A program made the translations under genes and the position numbers. A stretch of DNA of 64,000 nt. It comes from a virus. Lineage: Duplodnaviria > Caudoviricetes. The notes below the pieces were generated by a model, which saw nothing but the letters and a program-made list of their open reading frames with translations, searched no databases and was not told the DNA's origin. Shown here one piece after another: positions 18,066-27,760 of this stretch (position 1 is its first letter; each line of letters begins with the position of its first letter). The stretch covers positions 1-64,000 of IMG/VR virus record IMGVR_UViG_3300037400_002553. One strand, given 5' to 3'.

Positions 18066-20852
18066 TTATGCCATACCTATACCAAACTTATCATGGGTCT
18101 TATTTCTTGCAATTCTAAATTCTTTTCTATTTAATAATTGTTCATTAATATAATCTATTACAGCAGGTTTTAATGAATCAAGTAATACCTTTGAATCAAT
18201 AGTTGTTGTTTGGCCATTTAATGATAGTGTTAATGTGCCATTCATATTAATATTTATTGGTTCAATTGACAACTTATCAGCAACATTTGTTAACCCATTT
18301 TTAATTGCTCCACCCGCTTTAACGACCATGCTTCTTAATTGATCTTTAATAGGCCTTACTGGTCCTCCATTAGCATATCCTTGTGCATTTATTGCGTCAA
18401 GTGTTCCTCTGTTTTTAGCGGCGGCCGCTGCATTTATAACATATTCACCATTTGATAACCTAGCGTGTATTAAATCATCTTTAGGACCTCCAGGACCTAC
18501 TACACTACCACCATGAGAGAATAATTTCTTATTTCCCATGTCTACTTCCTTATCGTCTTTAATCCAATTGTTATCACTATATTTATATATATCCCATCCT
18601 TTAGTTTTTGCTTTTGTATATCCTTGTGCTTGTGCTGCATTTAATAAACTTATAAGTTTTTGATCAAATTCATCTTGTGAAAATTTACCTTTACCGTTTC
18701 TACCTTTTTCTGCTTCTGCAATATCTTCTGCTGACATACCAAGTTGTTTTAGAATATTAACACTTCCGCTGTGTAACTTTCCAGTATAAAAATCATCAGA
18801 AATATCTTCAAATAACTCAGCATTTGCTTTATTGAGACCCATATTTTGAGCCATCTCCTCATCAGTGCCACCGACTAACTTAGCCATCATATTAACAATC
18901 CTAGTTTTCAATACATCTAAGATGTCGTTAAGTTTATCGGTCACCGTTCTTGTTGTTACGAGTATATCACCAACCGTAGCGCCTTCTTTTAATGTTTTTT
19001 GGTCGCTTTCATTCTTTAATCTCATTTTATCTTCCATTGTTAAAGAACTAACAGCCTTCGTTTCTTCATTCTCTTGACCAGCATTAAATGTTACAACTGC
19101 TTCGCCTTTCTCATTTATTCTCGCTATATTTTTAATATATGTTTCAGTAGGCTTATCAAGTCCCTTTCCTAATTGGCTAGTAACCATATTTTCTCTTGCT
19201 AGATTCATAGCCATTGACATCATTTCAGATGGATCAACACCCATTTCCTGAGCGGCTTGTTTCATTCTTACACGGTTAAATGAGGTTATATCAATGTGTC
19301 CCTTTTTCTCATCAAATTTTGCCATTGATGAATACATATTAACCATACGATCCATTAAACCCTCTGCATCATTTAACCCCTCATAAAGCATTTGTAATGG
19401 ATTTCCGAATCTAGCAAAATCTCCGCCCAAAACTGATAATCCAGCACCAGCCTGAACAGCGCCTTCTAGTGTTGATACTTTATCTGCAAATCTGGCTGCT
19501 TGGTCCATATTAAATTTAAGCGCCACAGAACGCTCTGCCATTCTCTCTAATGCTTTAACACCACTGGCAAATGTGTAATTTTGAGCCATTTTTAAGTTTT
19601 TAGTAACAGCATTAGTTACAGCCTTAGCATTTAAGCCATGTTTACCTGCAGTTGAATATATACTTGCAATCTTTTTATCTATAACATCAACTGATAAACC
19701 GAAAGTGTCATATTGTGAAATGACATCCTTATCAATACCAAATTTTGTTAAATCCTCTAATGATTTATATTGGCTTTTAGACATGTATTCAAAATTTCTA
19801 CCTGTCTTTTCAGATAATTCTGCCATGTTTTTAAGGATGTCTTGCATTTTATATGCCATTCCACCCCACTTTGAAATTTCAGAAGCGACTGCCGATGCTT
19901 GAATTTTCATTTTTTGCATTGCTCTCTCGCCACCACCTACATTTCTTACATAACCCTGCGCTGCAACGTTAAGTTTATCATATTCTTCTACCATCATGGC
20001 AATACCCTGTGCCGCTGCACCAATTGCCTTACCCCATGGGCCAAAATTACTAGTAATATCAGAAACTTGTTTACCAACGTCTGTTATTGATACTTTATCT
20101 TTATTAAGAAAATTAGCAGTTTTTTCTAATCCAACCCCAGCACCGTTCACTAAACCAACACCAACGGCATTTGCGACGCCTTTAACTCCACGTCCTCCTC
20201 TTCCATATGCTTCAAGAATGTTTTTAGTAATATCTTTGTTAAGAATGTATTTTCCTAAATCACCCTTAAAACTACCATTTTCTCCTTTTCTAATTAATTC
20301 TTCCTTATATTTTTTATTGATTTCTTCCTGAAGTTTTGTTTTTATTTCCGCGTTTTTTCTCTCATTTTTAATTCTTTCTTCTATTGCGGACTTTTCTTCT
20401 TCACTTAAAGATTTAAATTCATCCCTTAGTTTTTTTGCTTCTTTTAATTTTTCGTTTTCTTCTGAAAGTTCTTTTCTTTTTATAGTCAATAATTGCCTCA
20501 TGGTCTTTTCTTCATCTTTGTTTAAAGCACCACTTGACAATTTATCTTTCATCTGATCAATAATATCTTGTTTTATTCTTCTTTGTTCCTGTTGAAATTT
20601 TACATCAGCATCTAATTCTTCCTCATGAGTTTTACTCTGTTCTTTTTTAATTTTTAATTCATTTAAATATATCTCGTTTAAATTCTTCTTAAAGTTTAAT
20701 TCATCACTTAAACTAAATAAAGACGTATTACCAAGCGACTCTACATTCACAGAGCCACCATTACTTCCGTTTGGCATATCAATTTTTAATTGACGAATTG
20801 CATCCGAAAATGCCTCTTTTAATAAATTTATATCACTTCTTTCTAATGCCAT
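18066..20852 (-). CDS. Tape measure protein
   Basis: 928 aa, helical Ala/Gly/Lys-rich; C-terminal GGSVVGPGGPKDDLIHARLSNGEYVINA motif; downstream of chaperone-like genes. Confidence 0.75.
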   Translation of the reverse strand: MALERSDINLLKEAFSDAIRQLKIDMPNGSNGGSVNVESLGNTSLFSLSDELNFKKNLNEIYLNELKIKKEQSKTHEEELDADVKFQQEQRRIKQDIIDQMKDKLSSGALNKDEEKTMRQLLTIKRKELSEENEKLKEAKKLRDEFKSLSEEEKSAIEERIKNERKNAEIKTKLQEEINKKYKEELIRKGENGSFKGDLGKYILNKDITKNILEAYGRGGRGVKGVANAVGVGLVNGAGVGLEKTANFLNKDKVSITDVGKQVSDITSNFGPWGKAIGAAAQGIAMMVEEYDKLNVAAQGYVRNVGGGERAMQKMKIQASAVASEISKWGGMAYKMQDILKNMAELSEKTGRNFEYMSKSQYKSLEDLTKFGIDKDVISQYDTFGLSVDVIDKKIASIYSTAGKHGLNAKAVTNAVTKNLKMAQNYTFASGVKALERMAERSVALKFNMDQAARFADKVSTLEGAVQAGAGLSVLGGDFARFGNPLQMLYEGLNDAEGLMDRMVNMYSSMAKFDEKKGHIDITSFNRVRMKQAAQEMGVDPSEMMSMAMNLARENMVTSQLGKGLDKPTETYIKNIARINEKGEAVVTFNAGQENEETKAVSSLTMEDKMRLKNESDQKTLKEGATVGDILVTTRTVTDKLNDILDVLKTRIVNMMAKLVGGTDEEMAQNMGLNKANAELFEDISDDFYTGKLHSGSVNILKQLGMSAEDIAEAEKGRNGKGKFSQDEFDQKLISLLNAAQAQGYTKAKTKGWDIYKYSDNNWIKDDKEVDMGNKKLFSHGGSVVGPGGPKDDLIHARLSNGEYVINAAAAAKNRGTLDAINAQGYANGGPVRPIKDQLRSMVVKAGGAIKNGLTNVADKLSIEPININMNGTLTLSLNGQTTTIDSKVLLDSLKPAVIDYINEQLLNRKEFRIARNKTHDKFGIGMA

Positions 20853-20911
20853 ATTTCTTTATATATTTTTTCTAATTATAAATACTTTCTCCTATAATAT
20901 TTAACAACAAA

Positions 20912-20934
20912 AAAACACTCAAATAGAGTGTTTT
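20912..20934 (-). terminator. Intrinsic terminator upstream of the tape measure gene
   Basis: AAAACACTC-AAATA-GAGTGTTTT hairpin at the stop of 20933. Confidence 0.7.
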
Positions 20935-21232
20935 ATTGCCTTTTTAAGTTAGATTGTTCCATTTCTGCATAAGCATTTAATGCTGCGCCATCAACAGTCT
21001 TAGGCTTACCGTCATTATGCTTACCTGGGTCGTTTGCTTCATTATGTCTTTTTATCCAATATTTTCTAATATATACTGGCATCTCATACATTACTGTTTC
21101 GTATGGTATCTTGACGTAATTTACACACCCCCATATTTCATCCCATAATGCGTTTTCTGCTTCTGGATTATTAGATATTGACGAAAATAAACTGATCAAA
21201 TCGCAGAAAGGTACTAACAGAGCCACCTCCAA
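20933..21232 (-). CDS. Tail assembly chaperone second ORF (gp51/GT-like); true start uncertain
   Basis: LWDEIW...IPYETVMYEMPVYIRKYWI motif; overlaps the upstream gene in the +1 frame; no in-frame ATG before the conserved part. Confidence 0.55.
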   Translation of the reverse strand: MEVALLVPFCDLISLFSSISNNPEAENALWDEIWGCVNYVKIPYETVMYEMPVYIRKYWIKRHNEANDPGKHNDGKPKTVDGAALNAYAEMEQSNLKRQ

Positions 21233-22646
21233 GACTCTTAGGACGTTCTACTTTTACATTATAATCAATTCCAGGTGTATTTTGAATAATGAATTTTCTA
21301 TATTCAGAAGCATCTTTAATGTTCATATTTAAAATATAGTTATTAATGTAATCTCTATTCTCTATGCCATTAACTGATACTGTTTGTAAAATTAATCTAT
21401 CGGTTAATTCGTGCGTAAACGTATAATCAGCCATTTCGTCATATTTACTTACAATTTCATTATGAACGTCTTCAACCTCTTTTCTAATTTTTTCTTGTAA
21501 ATCATTATCAATAAGGTCATTTCCAGATATAGCATCAAGTAATTCATCAGAATACTTTCTTAACATCATTACTTTTACTTTATTAGACTCTTTAATCTTG
21601 AGTTTTTTCAAAAATTTTTCATCACGGTTTGTTAAGAATCTAAACTTAATTTTATCGTGTGTATTTGGTGTTTCAAAATCAAAAAATCCATTTTCATCAC
21701 CCTTCAAATTAAAATCTTTATATTTTAATGTTGTTAAATCAATATTTGTTTCAAATTCCTTGCCAGTATCTGGATCCGTAACAATTATAGGATATTCATT
21801 TCCATATCCAGTACCTCTTAACCATATGATTATTGCTTCAATATCACCCTGTAACAAACTATCAACATCGATTTTATCCATTACCTTTCTTTTTGCTATA
21901 TGCTCAAGAAATTCTCCTTCTTTATATAAGTTTGGAGAAAAAATCATGTTTTCATCATATGCTGTTAAGTATGATACGCGCAATTCCTTTAATTTATTTT
22001 TGTAACATTCACCCTTAGATGGTAATTTTACCATTCCAAACATTTCTCTGCCATTCATTTCGAAAGGCTTATCTTCTTGTGATTGTTCTGACTTTTGAAT
22101 TTCAAATTTAGGTGTATTTTCTACTCTTTGTGTATTTTCCTCAACCTGCAACTTTTCAACAACCTGATGATTAAATTCTGGTACGACCTGAGACCGTTCA
22201 TCTAATTTAATAATAGGTTCATTATCAATAGAAGGAGCCTGAATTTTAAGTTCGCTAGTTTCTTGTCTTCCAGGGAAGTTAAGATTCTTCATTTGTTCCA
22301 AATATTTAGCCATTTCTTCCTTCTCCTCACTCTTTTTAACGATACTTTCGAGAGCACTTCTATCAATAGTCTTCTTTTTACCTTTTACACTTGATTTCAA
22401 CTCTTCTTCAGTACCACCAAGGGCAACAAATCTATCAACTACGTCTTTTTGCATAGTTTTCATTAATTGTAATGCCTTTTCAGTGTCTTTTTCGCTATAA
22501 ATTGGATTACCATCCTTATCTTTAGCCTCTTTACGGCGTTTAAGAGCATCAGCAATGCTCTTTTCATACATATTATATGAATTTATTAGTACACTTTTGG
22601 CTGTTTTCCTCTGTTCTGCTAATTCTTCTTTTGAAATTTGTGCCAT
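21171..22646 (-). CDS. Tail assembly chaperone / baseplate hub subunit (gp26-like C-half) with long charged N-terminal extension
   Basis: VKLPSKGECY, YLTAYDEN, LLQGDIEAIIIWLRGTGYG, IKFRFLT, PGIDY. Confidence 0.7.
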   Translation of the reverse strand: MAQISKEELAEQRKTAKSVLINSYNMYEKSIADALKRRKEAKDKDGNPIYSEKDTEKALQLMKTMQKDVVDRFVALGGTEEELKSSVKGKKKTIDRSALESIVKKSEEKEEMAKYLEQMKNLNFPGRQETSELKIQAPSIDNEPIIKLDERSQVVPEFNHQVVEKLQVEENTQRVENTPKFEIQKSEQSQEDKPFEMNGREMFGMVKLPSKGECYKNKLKELRVSYLTAYDENMIFSPNLYKEGEFLEHIAKRKVMDKIDVDSLLQGDIEAIIIWLRGTGYGNEYPIIVTDPDTGKEFETNIDLTTLKYKDFNLKGDENGFFDFETPNTHDKIKFRFLTNRDEKFLKKLKIKESNKVKVMMLRKYSDELLDAISGNDLIDNDLQEKIRKEVEDVHNEIVSKYDEMADYTFTHELTDRLILQTVSVNGIENRDYINNYILNMNIKDASEYRKFIIQNTPGIDYNVKVERPKSLGGGSVSTFLRFDQFIFVNI

Positions 22647-22662
22647 TTCTTTATTTAGTTTA

Positions 22663-23247
22663 CTATAAAGTTATTTTTTCTACTATAGTTGCAAAATATA
22701 GTGGATATTTATCGTCAGAATAATCCTCAAATATCTTACAATTTTTTAATGTGTATTTATTTCCGTCTGAAAGCACTATTTTTAGGTCGCGGGGAGGTAA
22801 GGCTTTTAGTTTTGTTTCAGAATCAAGGTCTTTATCATCCAAAACCCTATAACTATCATCCAACCAATATTTAATTTCACTTTCAGCGTCCTCATCAAGG
22901 CCTTCTGGATTGATATTTATGATTAAAACAAACATATCCTCTTCATCAGCCTTATCAAACAAGAAATCTTCATCAAAATTATTTCTATCTGAATCTAATA
23001 ATAAGGCCTGTACCTCTACTTCATTATCATCATCTCCGTCATAGTATTCACCATAACTATTATCGTCATGCAAGTCATAAGAAAAGTCCCTGCTTTTATC
23101 TCTATGTAAGAATGCATCAATCTGCTTATCTGTTCTACGGAATTTATCCATTACCATATCCTCATAAGCATCTCTTGTTAGTGTGCCTTCATATTTAAAT
23201 TGAGCACTTTCAGTATCTTGTACTGGTATAATTAAATTTGTTAACAT
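22663..23247 (-). CDS. Acidic hypothetical protein
   Basis: 194-aa ORF; ends TAG immediately followed by TAA. Confidence 0.75.
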   Translation of the reverse strand: MLTNLIIPVQDTESAQFKYEGTLTRDAYEDMVMDKFRRTDKQIDAFLHRDKSRDFSYDLHDDNSYGEYYDGDDDNEVEVQALLLDSDRNNFDEDFLFDKADEEDMFVLIININPEGLDEDAESEIKYWLDDSYRVLDDKDLDSETKLKALPPRDLKIVLSDGNKYTLKNCKIFEDYSDDKYPLYFATIVEKITL

Positions 23248-23249
23248 AA

Positions 23250-23426
23250 TTAAAATAGATTATTTATAATACACATCAACTGTTCTTCTATTGCCTTAAT
23301 TCTTTCTTCTATAATTTCTTTTTCACTTTCTTCACATACGTCTAACTCGTATTTTAGAAAGTTAAACATATTATGGAGTTCAACAAAAGAAAGATGCTGT
23401 ATCTTTTCGTTATTTATTTTCTTCAT
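23250..23426 (-). CDS. Small hypothetical protein, 58 aa (MKKINNEKIQHLSFVELH...)
   Basis: Manually translated; fills the gap between 23247 and 23477. Confidence 0.6.
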   Translation of the reverse strand: MKKINNEKIQHLSFVELHNMFNFLKYELDVCEESEKEIIEERIKAIEEQLMCIINNLF

Positions 23427-23476
23427 ATTATTGCTTATTTTAAAAATAGTTATTTTTCATGAAAAGTAAACACTTT

Positions 23477-23989
23477 TTAGTGTCTTTTCTTTTTATTTTT
23501 GATAGTTCCATCTAAATATGGTTTTAATTCCTCTTTTAAATATTTCATAACACTGCTTGGCGATTCATTAATATCTTTTTCCCAAACATAAATTAATTTA
23601 ATCCCATTTGTCCTACACCATTTCCTTTTTAATTCATCAATCTTTATGTCTCGTTTTTGCGTCCTATCTAAATCTTTTTCCTCGTATAGCCTTGGATCTC
23701 CATGCCAATAACTACCCTGTACTTCAATAATTGGGCCTCTCAAATCTGGACATATTCTAAAATCAAAATATCTACCAATAGATTCAGCCTTATATTGGTA
23801 AGTATAATTGATGCCTAGTTTATCTAGAAAATCTCTTGCAAAACGTTCTTCCAACTTAGAAGTGCCATATTCTTGTTTTCCTTTTGCTCGTTCTCGCGCA
23901 TAACGAATTTTAGAGGCCTTCGTTCTTTCTATATGCTTTTTCTTTCTAGGAATAATAGTCTTAATATTTTTACGAATAGGTTGTGCCAT
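23477..23989 (-). CDS. Vsr/DUF559-like endonuclease
   Basis: YFDF..IIEVQGSYWHGDP...D..K..W...GIKLIYVWEKDI; basic N-terminus. Confidence 0.8.
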   Translation of the reverse strand: MAQPIRKNIKTIIPRKKKHIERTKASKIRYARERAKGKQEYGTSKLEERFARDFLDKLGINYTYQYKAESIGRYFDFRICPDLRGPIIEVQGSYWHGDPRLYEEKDLDRTQKRDIKIDELKRKWCRTNGIKLIYVWEKDINESPSSVMKYLKEELKPYLDGTIKNKKKRH

Positions 23990-24165
23990 TACATATCATG
24001 TTTATTTTTATACATATCAGCCATAGAATCATTAATCCAGCCACTTAATCCTTTAGTAAAGCCCATACTTTCCCAACGTTCGCGGATAAGTTTACGTGCT
24101 TCGGCCTGTATGCCAGTAGATATATTACCTACTTGGCCTTCATTTAAAAATTGTAATTTATTCAT
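23989..24165 (-). CDS. 58-aa protein resembling the N-terminal segment of a gp23-like major capsid protein
   Basis: MNKLQFLNEGQVGNISTGIQAEARKLIRERWESMGFTKGLSGWINDSMADMYKNKHDM; stop overlaps the next ATG (TAATG). Confidence 0.6.
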   Translation of the reverse strand: MNKLQFLNEGQVGNISTGIQAEARKLIRERWESMGFTKGLSGWINDSMADMYKNKHDM

Positions 24166-24217
24166 AATATTTTTTTGCTATTTTTAGCCAATATAATTTC
24201 TTTTTTTCATTAAATAG

Positions 24218-24565
24218 TCATAGATCTAAGTTTTTCGGATCACTATGACTGATATTATATAAATCTTCAAACTTTTGGCAATTTTTTTTGAAACTTAACA
24301 TATCATCAAGTCCCATTTCAAACCATTCATTCATAATTTTATTACTTCCATACTTAATATGCATCCACTTCTCAATAAAGAACGGGTGTTCTGTTTGAAA
24401 ATAATCAACCAGATATATTTCTCCGCTATTTCCAGTCTGTAATTTCTTTATTCTACGCTCGATAGTACCTCTTGTTACGCCTATTTTATATATTCCTTCC
24501 TTTTCAAAGTCGCCTAATAAATAAACATAACCTTTTTTCTCGGTATTTTCATCTTTTATATTCAT
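24218..24565 (-). CDS. GIY-YIG-like T5orf172/MUG113 domain protein
   Basis: GYVYLL...YKIGVT...RRIKKLQTGN...IEKWMH...EWF. Confidence 0.85.
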   Translation of the reverse strand: MNIKDENTEKKGYVYLLGDFEKEGIYKIGVTRGTIERRIKKLQTGNSGEIYLVDYFQTEHPFFIEKWMHIKYGSNKIMNEWFEMGLDDMLSFKKNCQKFEDLYNISHSDPKNLDL

Positions 24566-24698
24566 TTTTACTTCGCAAAACTATATTTATATATGAATAA
24601 TATGATTTTTTTAGGAAAAGTAAATATTTTTTACCTATAAACAACTATTTATTAGTAATAAAAGACGAATAATCAATTCAATAAAAACGTTTTATACA

Positions 24699-25127
24699 AT
24701 GAATAAGAAGAATTATTTAAAAGAACTCAATGAAATCAAGAGTATCGCTGATAAAATCAAAAAAATCAATCTTAATGAACAAATAAGTTTTGAAGATGAC
24801 GAAGATTTTAACGATTTATACGGAAACGATGATGAACAGCCAGTAGAGGAACCAGTTCAAGAACCAGAAGTTCCAGCAGAGGAACCAGTTCAAGAACCAG
24901 ATCAGTGTGCGGATGGTGAATGTAACTTAGACAAGAAATCTACCGAGGAAGTTGGTATGGAAGAACTTGATAAAATGGGTGAAGTAGACCAAATCCGTAA
25001 AATCACTCTTAATGGTATGACAAAACTTGCAGACCACCCAGAAGATCCTCAATTCCAAGCACTTTTGAAGATATTCCAAATCTGCAATAAATCTGTTGAT
25101 ACAAAAGAAGATGGTGGTGAAAAATAA
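24699..25127 (+). CDS. Acidic protein, putative internal head protein
   Basis: LNE-type N-terminal motifs; EEPVQEP duplicated (24-nt repeat at 24845 and 24878). Confidence 0.55.
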   Translation: MNKKNYLKELNEIKSIADKIKKINLNEQISFEDDEDFNDLYGNDDEQPVEEPVQEPEVPAEEPVQEPDQCADGECNLDKKSTEEVGMEELDKMGEVDQIRKITLNGMTKLADHPEDPQFQALLKIFQICNKSVDTKEDGGEK

Positions 25128-25209
25128 TTTAATTTTTTTCATCAAAAACTTATAAGTGATACTATTTATAATAAACGAAAATAACTAAGATTAAAAAGAC
25201 TATAATAAT

Positions 25210-25698
25210 ATGAGTGATTTACTTCAAAGAATGCCGTTACAGTTCGAACCTCTAAGAAAAAATAGATGGGTGGTTCGTTTTCCAAGTGACTTAGGTATAT
25301 CAGAATGGATGCTTTCATCTGCATCTCGTCCAAAATTAACACAGAGCTCAACAGAAATACAATTCCTTAATACTTCTACTTATGTAGTTGGAAGATACAC
25401 ATGGGATAGTTTGCAATTTACCTTCAGAGACCCAATCGCGCCATCAGCATCTCAAGCATTAATGGAGTGGATTCGTCTTTGCTCTGAGTCAGTAACTGGA
25501 CGTCAAGGCTATGCTGCTGGATATAAGAGAGATATTGAGTTGGAAATGCTTGATCCTACAGGCGTTTGTGTTCAGAAATGGATTTTAAAAAATGCCTGGA
25601 TTTCGAATTGTGATTTTGGGTCACTTTCTTACTCAGATGATGCCATCGCTGACATTACTGCTACAATAGTTCTAGATTATGCGATACTCGCGTACTAA
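25210..25698 (+). CDS. gp19: Tail tube protein (T4 gp19 family)
   Basis: FEPLRKNRW, VVGRYTW..FRDPI.PS..QA.MEW, GY..GYKRDI.L.MLDP.G...KW.L.NAW, FG.LSY. Confidence 0.9.
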   Translation: MSDLLQRMPLQFEPLRKNRWVVRFPSDLGISEWMLSSASRPKLTQSSTEIQFLNTSTYVVGRYTWDSLQFTFRDPIAPSASQALMEWIRLCSESVTGRQGYAAGYKRDIELEMLDPTGVCVQKWILKNAWISNCDFGSLSYSDDAIADITATIVLDYAILAY

Positions 25699-25734
25699 CC
25701 TGATTATCAAGCAGTTACATTATTATAACATTAT

Positions 25735-25767
25735 AAAAGCCGATAAAAATTCGGCTTTTATTTTTTT
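25735..25767 (+). terminator. Intrinsic terminator after the tube gene
   Basis: AAAAGCCGA / TCGGCTTTT stem followed by a T-run. Confidence 0.75.
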
Positions 25768-25810
25768 ATATGTATACATATTTTTTTTGTATATTTATAG
25801 TACTTTATCT

Positions 25811-27730
25811 ATGGGAAAAAGTATTTATAGTAAAAAAAGAAGAAATATGTATAGTTTTAATGAATTTATAGAAAGGGCAAAAAAAGTACATGGTGACAAA
25901 TACAATTATTCAAAAGTTAATATAGTAGATAATAATGAAAAAGTTTGTATTATATGCCCAAAACATGGTGAATTTTGGCAAACGCCAAAAAGTCATATTG
26001 TTAGAAAATATGGTTGTCCTAAATGTGGCCGTGAAATATGTGCAAATAAAACAAAGAAAACTAATAATGAAATTATTAATGATTTTTTTTCTGTACATGG
26101 CAAAAAATATGACTACAGTAAAGTAGAATATACTAATGCATATACCAAAGTATGTATTATATGTCCAAAGCATGGTGAATTTTGGCAAACACCGCATGAT
26201 CATTTAAAAGGTGTTGGCTGTCCAAAATGTGGCATGGAAAAGCAAAAAGAAATTCTTTCAGATACTTATCCTATTTTTTTAGAAAAAGCAAAAAAAGTAC
26301 ATGGGAATAAGTATGATTACTCAAAAGTAGATTATATAAACCAAAATACTAAAATTTGTATTATATGCCCAAAGCATGGTGAATTTTGGCAAACACCAAA
26401 CAACCATCTTCGTGGGGAGGGATGTAGAATATGTGGCATAGAGTCAACTAAATATTATCGAAGTTTAAAACAAGATGATTTTATAAAAAGATCAAATAAA
26501 AAATTTAATAATTTCTATGATTATTCAAAAACAGATTTAAATCATAGAGATGAAAATGGAAAAATAATTATTACTTGCCCACTACACGGTGATTTTCTAG
26601 CAAACCCGTCTTGGCATCTATCTGGGGTTGGATGTCCAAAATGCGGAAAATCTGAAAAATATACTACTGAAGAATTCATAGAAAAGGCAATAAATAAACA
26701 TAAAAACAAATATACATATGAAAAAGTTGAATATGTAAACTGTCAAACTAAAGTACCTATTACATGTCCAAAACATGGTATTTTTTATCAAGCACCAAGT
26801 GAACATTTATACGGTAAAGGTTGTCCAAAATGTGGAAACCAAATATCAAAAGCAGAAGATGAAATATATAATTTTTGTTGTGAACAAATAGGTGAAGAAA
26901 ATGTTCAGCAGAGAAATAGACTTATTATCCACCCGTATGAATTAGACATTTACTTACGTTCATTAGGATATGCAATTGAATATAATGGGTTAAGATGGCA
27001 TTCAGAAAAATTCGGAAAGGATAGATATTACCATCTAAATAAATTAAATGCTTGTAAAGAAAGGGGTATTAAACTAATCCAGATATTCGAGGATGAATAT
27101 GTAAATAAACGAGATATTGTGTATAATAAGTTAAAACATATAATGAAATTTGATCAAAAATTACCTAGAATACCTGGCAGAAAATGTAAAGTAACGGAAA
27201 TTTCTATTAACGAAGCAAAAGATTTTCTAAACAAATACCATATTCAAGGTTATGTTGGTTCTAAAGTTTATTTAGGTGCTTTTTATGATAAAGAATTAGT
27301 TGCTGTAATGACGTTTAAAACATTAAATAGAAATCCTCTAAATTGGGAATTAACGAGATTCGCAAGTAACTATAATTACATTTGCCAAGGTGTCGGAGGA
27401 AAATTATTCACTCACTTTATAAAGAATTATAATCCAGAAGAAATTAAATCTTTTGCTGATAGGAGATGGACTATCAACGAAGAAAATAACATATACACAA
27501 AATTAGGTTTTGAATTTGACTCTTATACCAATCCAGATTATCATTACTATAGAGAAGAAGACGGTCCAATTAGACAACATAAATTTGCTTTTAGAAAAAA
27601 TAGACTAAACAAGAAGTATGGCTTACCATTATCCATGACAGAAGAAGAGATGACTGAAAATTTAGGCTATACAAAAATATACGATTGCGGACTTATAAAA
27701 TATACATGGAACAAAAAAAGAGAGGTTTAA
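25811..27730 (+). mobile_element. Free-standing homing endonuclease-like gene (Hef-like): 5 Zn-finger CPxHG...GCxxC repeats, a Vsr-like nuclease domain and a GNAT-like C-terminal domain
   Basis: Five C(I/T)xCP(K/L)HG.F.Q.P..HL.G.GC..C units; ELDIY...AIEYNGLRWHS; FLNKYHIQG...ELTRFA...SFADRRW; start revised to ATG at 25811 (25847 also possible). Confidence 0.75.
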
Positions 27731-27743
27731 ACCTCTCTTTTTT
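27714..27743. terminator. Bidirectional terminator between the endonuclease and sheath genes
   Basis: Perfect AAAAAAGAGAGGT-TTAA-ACCTCTCTTTTTT inverted repeat. Confidence 0.9.
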
Positions 27744-27760
27744 CTTTATTATAGGAAATA

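Noticed and set aside
25679-25810. N-terminal extension of the 683-aa endonuclease ORF
   Set aside because: It overlaps the tube gene stop, its terminator and the promoter motifs; ATG at 25811 or 25847 is more plausible
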